DNA of 32,000 nucleotides from Candidatus Thalassarchaeaceae archaeon (lineage in GTDB: Archaea; Thermoplasmatota; Poseidoniia; Poseidoniales; Thalassarchaeaceae): the NCBI GenBank assembly GCA_045568075.1, contig JBJLBP010000001.1, forward strand, positions 1,200,001 to 1,232,000, in the 5' to 3' direction. The notes under the pieces were generated by a model. That model was not told the DNA's origin. It saw only the letters and a list, made by a program, of their open reading frames with translations, and searched no databases. Made by a program: the position numbers and the translations under genes. This document shows positions 9,612 through 17,240 of this stretch, one piece after another; positions within the stretch are counted from its first letter, which is position 1; each line of letters begins with the position of its first letter.

Positions 9612-10322
9612 ATGGCGACCATAGTACTAGCCCTCGGAGGCAGCCTTCTGAGGCCCGAGGTCGACGAGCGACACGCGTGGCTCGAGGAGCTTGTGGGCAT
9701 CGTCCGCGACCGTGTTGCGGTCGACGACAGGATCGGAATTGTAGTCGGTGGAGGCGCTCCTGCGAGGGAGGGAATAGCCCTCGCTCGCCCAATTGTCGAT
9801 AATGAAGATCGTCTCGATAGAATCGGTATCGCAGCGACTCGTTTGAACGCCACAATGGTGCGAGAAGCGTTGGCTGATGATGGAGTCATGGTCTCAGGAA
9901 CTATTCCTCATTCGATTAACGAAGCGACCATGCTCTTCGACGAGAGACCGGTTGTGGTCATGGGTGGCACAACCCCTGGTCATACGACCGACGCGGTCGC
10001 TATCCGCCTAGCAATCGCCAGTGGAGCCGACCGCTGCATCATCGGCACTAATGTCGACCGAGTCTATGCTTCAGACCCACGAACAGACTCAGCGGCCCGC
10101 TCTTACGACTCGTTGACCCACGATGAATTACAACAAATCGTCGGGCCAGCCGAACACAATCGCGCGGGCCCAACCGGCGTCGTCGACCCCATGGGAGTGG
10201 CCGACGCCGCCGAAGCGAGGATGACCTTGTGTATCCTCGATGGACGAAAACCATCTCTCATCCGATCCGCCATCGAAGGCGAGACTTTCGAGGGCACTGT
10301 GGTCGAGTCCGAAGAAGAATGA
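9612..10322 (+). CDS. pyrH: UMP kinase, archaeal type
   Basis: MATIVLALGGSLL, VVGGGAPAR and VMGGTTPGHTTDAVAIRLA match archaeal PyrH. The track start is TTG 9582. ATG 9612 matches the canonical N-terminus. Confidence 0.9.
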   Translation: MATIVLALGGSLLRPEVDERHAWLEELVGIVRDRVAVDDRIGIVVGGGAPAREGIALARPIVDNEDRLDRIGIAATRLNATMVREALADDGVMVSGTIPHSINEATMLFDERPVVVMGGTTPGHTTDAVAIRLAIASGADRCIIGTNVDRVYASDPRTDSAARSYDSLTHDELQQIVGPAEHNRAGPTGVVDPMGVADAAEARMTLCILDGRKPSLIRSAIEGETFEGTVVESEEE

Positions 10323-10331
10323 GTGATTCGT

Positions 10332-10631
10332 ATGAGTCGGAAGGACAGAATTGCAAAGGCCGCAACAAGAACAGCAGCTCAAGCAAGGGAGACAGCAGCG
10401 CGTGAGCGCGGCCGGAGCAAGCGAACCACCAGTGTATCTGGAGTCAGTCCACATAGGCACTGCTCAGTCTGCTGGGCGCCAATCCCTCTCAACGCAGAAC
10501 CTCCTGTGTGCTCCGACGAGGAGTGCGAGGCGACGAATGAAAAACGAATGGCATCAAGGAAGCGTCTGACAATCATGCTCTATCTATTCCCGGCGATTGC
10601 TATTCTTCTCGCAATAGTCTCATCTCTGTGA
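10332..10631 (+). CDS. tail-anchored zinc-ribbon protein (DUF2116-like, tentative)
   Basis: A basic N-terminus is followed by HCSVCWAPIP...VCSDEEC (HCxxC...CxxxxC) and a C-terminal TM (LTIMLYLFPAIAILLAIV). ATG 10332 lies 5 nt after GAGTGA, which overlaps the pyrH stop. GTG 10323 is the alternative start. Confidence 0.5.
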   Translation: MSRKDRIAKAATRTAAQARETAARERGRSKRTTSVSGVSPHRHCSVCWAPIPLNAEPPVCSDEECEATNEKRMASRKRLTIMLYLFPAIAILLAIVSSL

Positions 10632-10679
10632 CGACGAGGCATCGTCAGGTTCAACACTCAGCACAATGGGGCAATCTGC

Positions 10680-11264
10680 ATGAAGATGGTTCGAGTCCTC
10701 GGAGTACTTCCCGGATTCGTCGGATTCGTATGCCTGATTCTGGTCACCGCGAGTCTTGTTGGAATCAACCTCGAGGAGACACGCGTCAGCGCTACTACAG
10801 TTCCATGTTTGGACGACGATGCAGGAGGGTGCCCTGTCGGAATGACCGGCTCGAACTTCTATGTCCCCCCTGGATTCAGTTTGCTCGATGTTCAAGTGAC
10901 TATCGAGTGGAGCGAGCCGGCGAAGGCTTGGATTGGCGTGGTCGACGCTGACTATGCAGAATCTTGTCCACCGGACTCCAATGGATTGACGACCTGTGAG
11001 GCGGAGGATTTCGAGTTCGTGGCAGGTGGTCCGGAATATGACGATGAATTCACTTTCTCTCTCGAGCCGGGCGATTATCGCTTTACCAGCGCTGGACGCG
11101 ACGGATCGAATCTCGACGATCAATTGGTTACTATCAGTACCTCAATTCACATCTCGGCTGTCGGCGAGATTCTGCTCGCTCTCGTAGGAATCCTACTGTT
11201 GGTTGGTGGTTTCGAGATGATTTTCCCAATCAAGCTCTTCTGGAAGAAGTTCGTCGATGCTTGA
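10680..11264 (+). CDS. hypothetical surface protein with an N-terminal signal/anchor and a C-terminal TM
   Basis: The N-terminal hydrophobic segment is VLGVLPGFVGFVCLILVTASLVG. An acidic domain with four Cys follows, then a C-terminal TM (ILLALVGILLLVGGF) and a basic tail (KLFWKKF). It is preferred over the antisense ORF 10620..11123, which lacks protein-like features. Confidence 0.6.
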   Translation: MKMVRVLGVLPGFVGFVCLILVTASLVGINLEETRVSATTVPCLDDDAGGCPVGMTGSNFYVPPGFSLLDVQVTIEWSEPAKAWIGVVDADYAESCPPDSNGLTTCEAEDFEFVAGGPEYDDEFTFSLEPGDYRFTSAGRDGSNLDDQLVTISTSIHISAVGEILLALVGILLLVGGFEMIFPIKLFWKKFVDA

Positions 11265-11472
11265 TAGATTCACCACAGAGTGTAATCAGTCATTGGAAGA
11301 ACCATACAAAGGCTCCGAGAGGGTTGAAGAACTGGTTGTCCCTCGAGGGTTCATGGCGGTTACCGAGTGCAAAACATGCGGTGCTCAGATTAGGGCCGAG
11401 GGTCTTGCGAGATCTTACGGTGGCCACACCATCTACTGCGTCACTTGTGGAGCTCAGTTCCACTCCGAATGA
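11257..11472 (+). CDS. small zinc-ribbon protein (hypothetical)
   Basis: 71 aa with CKTCGAQ...x21...CVTCGAQ (two CxxCGAQ knuckles). The ATG overlaps the upstream stop region. Confidence 0.4.
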   Translation: MLDRFTTECNQSLEEPYKGSERVEELVVPRGFMAVTECKTCGAQIRAEGLARSYGGHTIYCVTCGAQFHSE

Positions 11473-11492
11473 TGTGCGACTGCGCACTATCA
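11470..11492. terminator. hairpin spanning both convergent stop codons
   Basis: tgatgtgcg-actg-cgcac(t)atca gives about 9 bp with one bulge. It runs from the TGA of the plus-strand gene to the TGA of nog1 on the minus strand. Confidence 0.3.
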
Positions 11493-12623
11493 ACGCTTGT
11501 CTCGTCGACCACGCTTAGGCCTGGGCGAATTACGTATCGCTTCTTCTCTGCGTGCTAGAATCTCTTCAGGCGAGCCCACAGGCTCGATCTCCTCCACCTG
11601 ACGATGCCACATCTCTGGTAGAGCAAGAGGGTCAATCACCTCATCAGCAGCTATTGACTCGATTAGCAGGCTTCGTATCTCATCGATTCCTTGGCCAGTT
11701 TGCGAACTGATACGGATGACCTCCTCATCTCCCTCAATCACTTCATGCAAGTCGGACTTGGAATGGACGAGGAGAAGTGGTCGCTCGGCGAGGAGTTCTC
11801 GGACCTCACCGAGGAGGTGTTCCTGATCCTCACGACTAATTCCACTCTTCTCAGATGGGTCGATGAGGAAGAGAACAATATCTCCAACATTCTCCAAAGC
11901 GGCGATAGCCTGCATTTCGATTTGATTACGGTCGTCCATCGGACGGTCGAGCAAACCTGGTGTATCGACCATCTGGTAGGTGCGCCTGCGGTGTTCGAAA
12001 TGACCAACGTGCAGGCGCTTAGTAGTGAATGGATAAGCGGCAACCTCAGGTTCGCCGCTTGAAAGTTCAGTGATTAACGCGGACTTACCCACATTGGGTG
12101 CGCCCGCTACAACGACACATGGCTCTGCGGCATCGATTGATGGGAGTTGCCGCAGAATGTCGCGGGCCTGCCCCAACCAGAGGATATTGTCGCCAATTTG
12201 TTCAATGATTGATGACATCCTACCGTAGGCATGCCTGCGCTCGGCGTGAAATGGCTCTATTGAGCGGAATTTCATCATCTTCGATTGTGATTCGCCGGAG
12301 ATTTGACGAACTCTCTCAGCAGCCCACTGAATTGCGCCTAGATTCTGACGGAATTCGTCCGCTCCAACCGCTGCATCGACCAGCGCTTGATCGAAGGAGG
12401 ATTGCGCATTGAGGCTGGGCCACTTGTCAATCCACTTCAACAAAGTCTCAGCAATCGTGTCACTGGCAGCCTGTACCATCCGTGCCATCTGCTTGCGGAC
12501 ACGGTGATACTTGTCAGGATCTTCGACTAGGAGTGATTGCTTGCTGGCGCGACGGAATGCCTTGTCCAAAACCTCCTGCGGATACAGAACGGTCGGAATC
12601 TTACGCCATTCCACCGAAGCCAT
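11490..12623 (-). CDS. nog1: Nog1-type GTP-binding protein
   Basis: G1 motif GAPNVGKSAL, G2 region FTTKRL, G3 motif DTPGLLDRP, and a basic C-terminal tail. ATG 12623 is preceded by GGAGGAGAGGTC. The track start is TTG 12665. Confidence 0.9.
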   Translation of the reverse strand: MASVEWRKIPTVLYPQEVLDKAFRRASKQSLLVEDPDKYHRVRKQMARMVQAASDTIAETLLKWIDKWPSLNAQSSFDQALVDAAVGADEFRQNLGAIQWAAERVRQISGESQSKMMKFRSIEPFHAERRHAYGRMSSIIEQIGDNILWLGQARDILRQLPSIDAAEPCVVVAGAPNVGKSALITELSSGEPEVAAYPFTTKRLHVGHFEHRRRTYQMVDTPGLLDRPMDDRNQIEMQAIAALENVGDIVLFLIDPSEKSGISREDQEHLLGEVRELLAERPLLLVHSKSDLHEVIEGDEEVIRISSQTGQGIDEIRSLLIESIAADEVIDPLALPEMWHRQVEEIEPVGSPEEILARREEAIRNSPRPKRGRRDKR

Positions 12624-12702
12624 GACCTCTCCTCCATCCAAGCGGCTCCGCTCATCCTTCTTCAATCAGCGTGCTTTTCTATGGCCATCTGCACGCGACC
12701 CC

Positions 12703-13158
12703 ATGACCGGCGAACGCCGCGGTAAGAGAATCGACGACCTACCCGACTGGGCGAAGCGTCTCGCTAAGGAATATGGAGCCACTAATCTGGACGATAGACA
12801 GGACATTTTCTTCGGTTCCTTAGTCGATAGAAGGAGTGGACTTCGCAAAGATGACCTAATCGAATTACTAATCGATGACCGGGCACTGCGAGGCGATGTT
12901 GACCCATGGGTACGCGGGATGCTACTCAGTGTGAAGCAGAGTGCGGTAGAGATGCTAGATGAGAATCGGCAATTCCGTTCGATTGCACGCGATGTTATTG
13001 TCGAAGTACGTTTAGTGACTCACCTTCGTAAATCATACATCGAGGATGAAGAGCTTCTAACCTTCGAGAAAGAAGATATGCGGCGGCGCTCAAACGTTCA
13101 CGAGCAAGCCGAACGTCAAGCCGATGGCGGCTCTGATGACAGCCATCTTTGGGGATGA
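12703..13158 (+). CDS. hypothetical protein (151 aa), first gene of a four-gene operon
   Basis: This is the first ATG beyond the overlap with nog1, since the track ORF 12511..13158 overlaps the nog1 coding region. Its stop lies 3 nt before the PCD start. I recognised no motif. Confidence 0.5.
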   Translation: MTGERRGKRIDDLPDWAKRLAKEYGATNLDDRQDIFFGSLVDRRSGLRKDDLIELLIDDRALRGDVDPWVRGMLLSVKQSAVEMLDENRQFRSIARDVIVEVRLVTHLRKSYIEDEELLTFEKEDMRRRSNVHEQAERQADGGSDDSHLWG

Positions 13159-13161
13159 AAT

Positions 13162-13488
13162 ATGTCAGATCTTGCGAATCGGGAATGTATTCCTTGCAAA
13201 GGAGGTATACCTCCGATGACCGCTCAAGAAGCGGAGGGAATGAAGTCGGAAGTGAATTCCGATTGGGATGTGATTGATGGCCACCATCTTGAGCGAGTCT
13301 GGACTTTTTCTGACTTTGAATCGGCGCTTGATTTTGTCAATGCAGCCGGCGCTATCTGCGAGCAACAGGGGCATCACGCCGACTTCGAATTAGGCTGGGG
13401 CCGAGTAAAGGCTCTTATCTGGACACACAAGATTGACGGACTAACCGAATCCGACTTCATTTTGGCCGCCAAATTCGATGAGATTTGA
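13162..13488 (+). CDS. pterin-4a-carbinolamine dehydratase (PCD/DCoH, COG2154)
   Basis: 108 aa. The core EQQGHHADFELGWGRVKALIWTH...D follows the PCD signature E-x3-H-H-x-x5-W-x9-H, with HHA where HHP is usual. Confidence 0.88.
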   Translation: MSDLANRECIPCKGGIPPMTAQEAEGMKSEVNSDWDVIDGHHLERVWTFSDFESALDFVNAAGAICEQQGHHADFELGWGRVKALIWTHKIDGLTESDFILAAKFDEI

Positions 13489-13497
13489 GGTGAATTT

Positions 13498-13812
13498 ATG
13501 ACGAAAGAATTTCGTTTACACGCTTTCGTCTGTACGAATCAGCGTGATCCGAACAAGCCACGAGAATGTTGTGCTGCGAAGAACTCACTCGATGTAATGA
13601 CACGGCTGAAGCGCGCGGCTCGCGCTGCGGGAATCGATGATGTTAGAGTGAACAAAGCAGGTTGTCTCGACCGCTGTGAACAGGGAGTCTCTTGTGTCAT
13701 TTATCCAGATGGAATCTGGTATACTATTCCTGACGACGATACGGCTATCGCACGTATCGTCGAGCATCTTGCTGGCGGTAAGCCGGCAAGTGAATTTCGA
13801 ATGGGTGAGTGA
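13498..13812 (+). CDS. thioredoxin-like [2Fe-2S] ferredoxin
   Basis: 104 aa. FVCTNQRD...ECC...AGCLDRCEQGVSCVIYPDGIWY matches the Cys pattern and fold signature of this family. The SD GAGGTGA overlaps the PCD stop. Confidence 0.85.
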   Translation: MTKEFRLHAFVCTNQRDPNKPRECCAAKNSLDVMTRLKRAARAAGIDDVRVNKAGCLDRCEQGVSCVIYPDGIWYTIPDDDTAIARIVEHLAGGKPASEFRMGE

Positions 13813-14829
13813 ATGGAACGAATTGTGTATACGAAAGCCGGAGGGCTCGATTCAATTGCTATAGATGAATTTCAAGAGACCACTCCAGGAAATGGAGAAG
13901 TTCGTGTGCGAGTGTCACGAGCTGGGATTAATTTCGCTGATCTGATGATGCGACAGGGACTCTACGGTTCAGCACCTGATTTCCCATTTACACCCGGGTA
14001 TGAGGCAAGCGGAGTGATCTCGGCGATTGGTGAAGGAGTAGAAGGTCTCGAAGTCGGTCAGCGCGTGCTTGCGATGACTGGATTCGGAGGATACTCACAA
14101 TCGGTTCAAATCTCCGCAGAGAGAGCTATTCCGATTCCTGATGAGATGTCACACGACGCAGCCGCCAGCCTCGGAGTCACTTATGGTACAGCATATCACA
14201 TGCTGGTTCACCTCGGTAACCTGCGAGCTGGAGATAGTGTTCTAATTCATCACGCAGCGGGTGGAGTTGGTACTGCTGCCGCGCAAATTTGTCAGGCTTA
14301 CGGAGCTACTAATCTCATTGGAACTGCAAGCGCGACAAAGAAAGAATTCGTCGAAGCGCAAGGAATGCGCTTCGTCGACCGCGACTCAGAAGACTTCGTT
14401 GAGGTCTGCAAATCCCTAACGAATGGCAAGGGAGTAAACCAGGCAATAGACCCTGTCGGCGGTTCTCATCTGATGCGTTCTTACAAAGCGCTGTGTAATG
14501 GCGGAAAACTCCACGTATTTGGGGCATCTTCTGCCGTTCCAGGATCAAAACGTTCTATGTTTGCAGCGCTGAAAATGTGGCGTAGTACCCCGAAATTCGA
14601 CCCATTGAAAATGATGAACTCTAACAAAGCGATCTTCGGGGTGCATATGGGTCGACTCGAGGATGAGGAGTTATTCGCTGGTCATCTGCAAGACCTCTCT
14701 GTGATGATTCAGAAGGGGCAAATTGAGCCAATCATAGACAGCGTCTGGCCTTACCGCGAGGTCGCTAATGCCCAGAAACATATGCATGATCGGAAGAACC
14801 GAGGAAAAATCCTACTCGATTTCTCTTGA
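13813..14829 (+). CDS. MDR superfamily NAD(P)H:quinone oxidoreductase-like (zeta-crystallin/VAT-1-like)
   Basis: 338 aa with a GroES-like N-terminus (VRVSRAGINFADL) and the nucleotide fold HAAGGVGTAAAQI. The ATG abuts the ferredoxin stop (GGTGAGTGAATG). Confidence 0.85.
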   Translation: MERIVYTKAGGLDSIAIDEFQETTPGNGEVRVRVSRAGINFADLMMRQGLYGSAPDFPFTPGYEASGVISAIGEGVEGLEVGQRVLAMTGFGGYSQSVQISAERAIPIPDEMSHDAAASLGVTYGTAYHMLVHLGNLRAGDSVLIHHAAGGVGTAAAQICQAYGATNLIGTASATKKEFVEAQGMRFVDRDSEDFVEVCKSLTNGKGVNQAIDPVGGSHLMRSYKALCNGGKLHVFGASSAVPGSKRSMFAALKMWRSTPKFDPLKMMNSNKAIFGVHMGRLEDEELFAGHLQDLSVMIQKGQIEPIIDSVWPYREVANAQKHMHDRKNRGKILLDFS

Positions 14830-14852
14830 GAAAATACAATCTACACCCTAGC

Positions 14853-15017
14853 CTATATTACGCCAGAACGGCTCAATTCTCTGAATACAATCGCTATACA
14901 AATAATGCTAATTAGAATCCCAATTGGCCCTCTCTTGATTTTAGAAGATGGCTTGAATCCTAGGATTGGTTCAGCCTTAGTTGCCAGTTTTTCTTCTACT
15001 TCACCTATGGACTTCAT
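14853..15017 (-). CDS. possible 54-aa tail-anchored membrane peptide
   Basis: An internal ATG of track ORF 14853..15161 gives MKSIGEVEEKLATKAEPILGFKPSSKIKRGPIGILISIICIAIVF..., a charged head plus one TM. There is no clear SD. Confidence 0.25.
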   Translation of the reverse strand: MKSIGEVEEKLATKAEPILGFKPSSKIKRGPIGILISIICIAIVFRELSRSGVI

Positions 15018-15061
15018 GATAATAGCGTAAAGTTCCCACTTTATCAAGCATATGGGATTTT

Positions 15062-15310
15062 TCAGAACAAGAATGGGCTTGCAACCAAAAATAATCCAAT
15101 CAATGTCCCACCAATGATATTCATCTGGAATATCTTTGGATATTCCTCCTTTGTCCCCCATGAAAATGTCTTACGAATCCATACTTTCTGATTGAGCATA
15201 CAATTGGCTACATACAACAGTATAGCCACACCAATCGCAATTCTGAAGGTGTCAAGCGTCGTTAGGTCCATGGGCGTAATAATGAGTGACGGCTTATCAC
15301 TTAGTGACAT
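15062..15310 (-). CDS. possible 82-aa two-TM membrane protein
   Basis: An ORF of more than 100 codons survives in AT-rich DNA. TM segments are FRIAIGVAILLYVANCML and IIGGTLIGLFLVASPFLF. The start is uncertain: GTG 15436 would overlap the plus-strand ORF, and ATG 15310 avoids that. Confidence 0.35.
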   Translation of the reverse strand: MSLSDKPSLIITPMDLTTLDTFRIAIGVAILLYVANCMLNQKVWIRKTFSWGTKEEYPKIFQMNIIGGTLIGLFLVASPFLF

Positions 15311-15380
15311 ATATTCCGATAGGAAGAAAACAATCAATAATAGGTGAAAACCATTCCAGGATGATTTAGGAGGAAAAATA

Positions 15381-15557
15381 ATGACCGGAGAAATAGGAAA
15401 GATAGGATTAGCTGCTAGTGCAATTTCAATATTCACTTCAATTTACATCTACTTCATGCATGATGGAGGAAATGCCGATTTAGGCATTTTTGTAGGATTG
15501 TGGGCACCAACACTGATTCTATTCACACAAGAAATAGACAAATTAAGAGAAGCATGA
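15381..15557 (+). CDS. 58-aa two-TM membrane protein, not in the ORF track (below 60 aa)
   Basis: My translation is MTGEIGKIGLAASAISIFTSIYIYFMHDGGNADLGIFVGLWAPTLILFTQEIDKLREA. The ATG is preceded by TAGGAGGA with a 6-nt spacer. The stop TGA is at 15555-15557. Confidence 0.45.
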   Translation: MTGEIGKIGLAASAISIFTSIYIYFMHDGGNADLGIFVGLWAPTLILFTQEIDKLREA

Positions 15558-15583
15558 TCTACGCTAACTTGTGCTTGCACAAA

Positions 15584-15597
15584 TTAGTCTAGACTAA
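15584..15597. terminator. 14-nt perfect palindrome at a convergent gene end
   Basis: ttagtctagactaa overlaps the stop codon of the lipoprotein gene (15594-15596). A second small hairpin, ttgtg-cttg-cacaa, lies at 15569-15582. Confidence 0.25.
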
Positions 15598-16505
15598 ATC
15601 TCATGAGCCACATGCTCAGTGCTCTCGCCCCAGCAATCTGCTTCCAGATCCTGCTCCGGGCCATCCTCAAGCAGACATGGGTGATGGTTGGTGAATACAT
15701 CGTCATAGGTCAGCCATGGCCTGATTATCCAAGCGTGGACCATCCAGTACTCCTGTAGATTGACATTAACACCGCCCCTGTCGTCACAAGTCTCTTGATC
15801 GAGATTCTCACCCATCACTAGGAACTCGGCCGATTCAAAGCACAGGGAGTCATGGCGGTGCCACCAGTCGTTATCTCCAGTGAAACCTTCGGGAGGTGAA
15901 TTGGATGGGGCGTGGACGAACCACGCGAATCCGACTAGTTCCGACTCCCTCTCCTCGCCCCCATACATCAGGAATTCAGGGCGTTCGTGCTCAAACACAT
16001 CGTCGATTCTCGTATCTTGAAACTCCGGTTCTTGGGCATCGAATCCAGGATCTTCCATCGAGAATCCATTCAACATTACATGATGGGTGCCCATACCCTC
16101 GACGTAATTCACTGACATTGTGTAACCAGCATCCTCAGCATCACCGAGTGTCGGCCACTGTGAAGCCCACTCAATAGCATCCTTCATCTCGTATGTGAGA
16201 GTCTCGCACAATTCTGGCTCTAGCACTCCCTTGGTCATTCCTTCATACGCGGGATCCACATGATGACCCCCTACCCCAGTGGAATTACACCACCATGGAT
16301 TAGTGTCGGGGGTGTATCCGCTGAGCGGACAATCTGGTTTACCATCGCCGTCGAAATCTCCGCAGTAATCGGGATTCTCGGTATCGAAAAGCTCACTTTC
16401 GTCATCGATGAAACGTCCCTCGTCCTCGATATCCTCCTCGGCTAAACACCCAGAGAGGGACACTGACAGAAGAAGCAGGACCACTAGAGTAGCCAACGAT
16501 CTCAT
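15594..16505 (-). CDS. acidic Cys/His-rich secreted lipoprotein, function unknown
   Basis: The signal peptide plus lipobox is MRSLATLVVLLLLSVSLSGC. The mature part has 8 further Cys, a DFDGDGKPD calcium-site-like motif and the His blocks GGHHVD, GMGTHHVM, WWHRHD, WMVHAW and NHHPC. The track start TTG 16547 adds 14 aa. Confidence 0.75.
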   Translation of the reverse strand: MRSLATLVVLLLLSVSLSGCLAEEDIEDEGRFIDDESELFDTENPDYCGDFDGDGKPDCPLSGYTPDTNPWWCNSTGVGGHHVDPAYEGMTKGVLEPELCETLTYEMKDAIEWASQWPTLGDAEDAGYTMSVNYVEGMGTHHVMLNGFSMEDPGFDAQEPEFQDTRIDDVFEHERPEFLMYGGEERESELVGFAWFVHAPSNSPPEGFTGDNDWWHRHDSLCFESAEFLVMGENLDQETCDDRGGVNVNLQEYWMVHAWIIRPWLTYDDVFTNHHPCLLEDGPEQDLEADCWGESTEHVAHEI

Positions 16506-16553
16506 GCCTATACGGAAATCATTGATTGCGATAAACCCATCACTCAAAGGAAT

Positions 16554-16688
16554 TCAGGGTGCCAAAATCAAGATGATGGCGAAGAGAGAATAGAAGGAGA
16601 TTTCGATTATGAGAATGTACTTCCAAATAGGGTCTATTTCGCCTGATTCCTTCGAGGAATCGAATAGAAACTTCAAGATTGCAGACAT
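16554..16688 (-). CDS. possible 44-aa membrane peptide, not in the ORF track
   Basis: My translation is MSAILKFLFDSSKESGEIDPIWKYILIIEISFYSLFAIILILAP. It lies between aIF2-beta and the lipoprotein gene. The SD is weak. Confidence 0.2.
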   Translation of the reverse strand: MSAILKFLFDSSKESGEIDPIWKYILIIEISFYSLFAIILILAP

Positions 16689-16717
16689 GTCACTTACTCT
16701 CGGTTATGACGCTGTTC

Positions 16718-16734
16718 TTTGAGAATCTCAAAAA
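16718..16734 (-). terminator. T5 run plus 15-nt palindrome just downstream of the aIF2-beta stop
   Basis: The minus strand reads TGA-GA-TTTTT-GAGATTCTCAAA. The palindrome tttgagaatctcaaa occupies 16718-16732. Oligo-T tracts are the known archaeal termination signal. Confidence 0.4.
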
Positions 16735-16736
16735 TC

Positions 16737-17147
16737 TCACAATCTTACAGGACGTGTCGCACCACAAGCCTGGCACTTGAGGAGAGTTGTGCGGTCTTCC
16801 TTGATGAATCGAGTATCGGGAGCTCGGCACTGCTCACAAAGGATGTAGGCCTTGACGTAACCAACCAATTTCTCCTTGATTCTCTTTGGAGGAATTCGAC
16901 CCTTGAACATCACACGAACCTGTTCGCGCGTGCCAGAGGTTCCCAACTCGTTGACGAGGTACTGGTAGACGTGATTCGGGTCGCGGTCCATCGAATCAAC
17001 AATAGCTGCGAAGTTCCGGAGGATGGTCTGACTTCCTTCGACGAGGATCTCGGGCGGAGGCATTGTCCAGCGATTGCGCTCGCTGATGTCCTTCGGGATT
17101 CGATCGCGCGCTCGGTCGAGCAGAGCATCGTATTCGAAGTCGGCCAT
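16737..17147 (-). CDS. eif2b: translation initiation factor aIF2 beta subunit
   Basis: 136 aa. It has LLDRARDRIP, the central eIF2-beta/eIF5 domain and the C-terminal zinc ribbon CEQCRAPDT...CQACGA. Confidence 0.93.
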   Translation of the reverse strand: MADFEYDALLDRARDRIPKDISERNRWTMPPPEILVEGSQTILRNFAAIVDSMDRDPNHVYQYLVNELGTSGTREQVRVMFKGRIPPKRIKEKLVGYVKAYILCEQCRAPDTRFIKEDRTTLLKCQACGATRPVRL

Positions 17148-17240
17148 TGGGTCGGGCGAGCCGCGCCTCCTTTTTCACCCCACCGGGCCGCTTCACCCGC
17201 TCGCACCAACCGTCAAAGCCCAGTTAGTCGGCCCGTGAGC

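Larger units (their letters stand above)
14830..15590. other. low-G+C islet containing only very small hydrophobic ORFs
   Basis: Seven 60-nt lines counted by hand inside the islet give 33-48% G+C (mean about 37%). The flanking lines 14701-14760 and 15661-15720 each give 52%. Confidence 0.6.

Noticed and set aside
10620-11123. A 167-aa minus-strand ORF, and similar long antisense ORFs at 5151..5771, 22469..23161, 27350..27868 and 28740..29201.
   Set aside because: All lie opposite genes with strong motif support. They have Arg/Ser/Cys-rich, low-complexity or otherwise unprotein-like compositions typical of shadow frames.
12511-12702. The N-terminal part of track ORF 12511..13158.
   Set aside because: It overlaps the nog1 coding region and its SD on the opposite strand. 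The first ATG clear of nog1 (12703) is the more parsimonious start.
14853-15436. The two overlapping minus-strand ORFs (15062..15436 and 14853..15161) might be one frameshifted gene or pseudogene.
   Set aside because: The upstream frame ends in a convincing TM helix and its own stop. The first 48 residues of the downstream frame are Trp-rich and unprotein-like, while the part after the internal ATG looks like an independent small protein. I cannot exclude a frameshift without homologues.
16719-17240. The 5' two-thirds of the 323-aa plus-strand ORF 16719..17690.
   Set aside because: It is antisense to the well-supported aIF2-beta gene and has no protein-like motifs. The real gene is dut, starting at ATG 17241.
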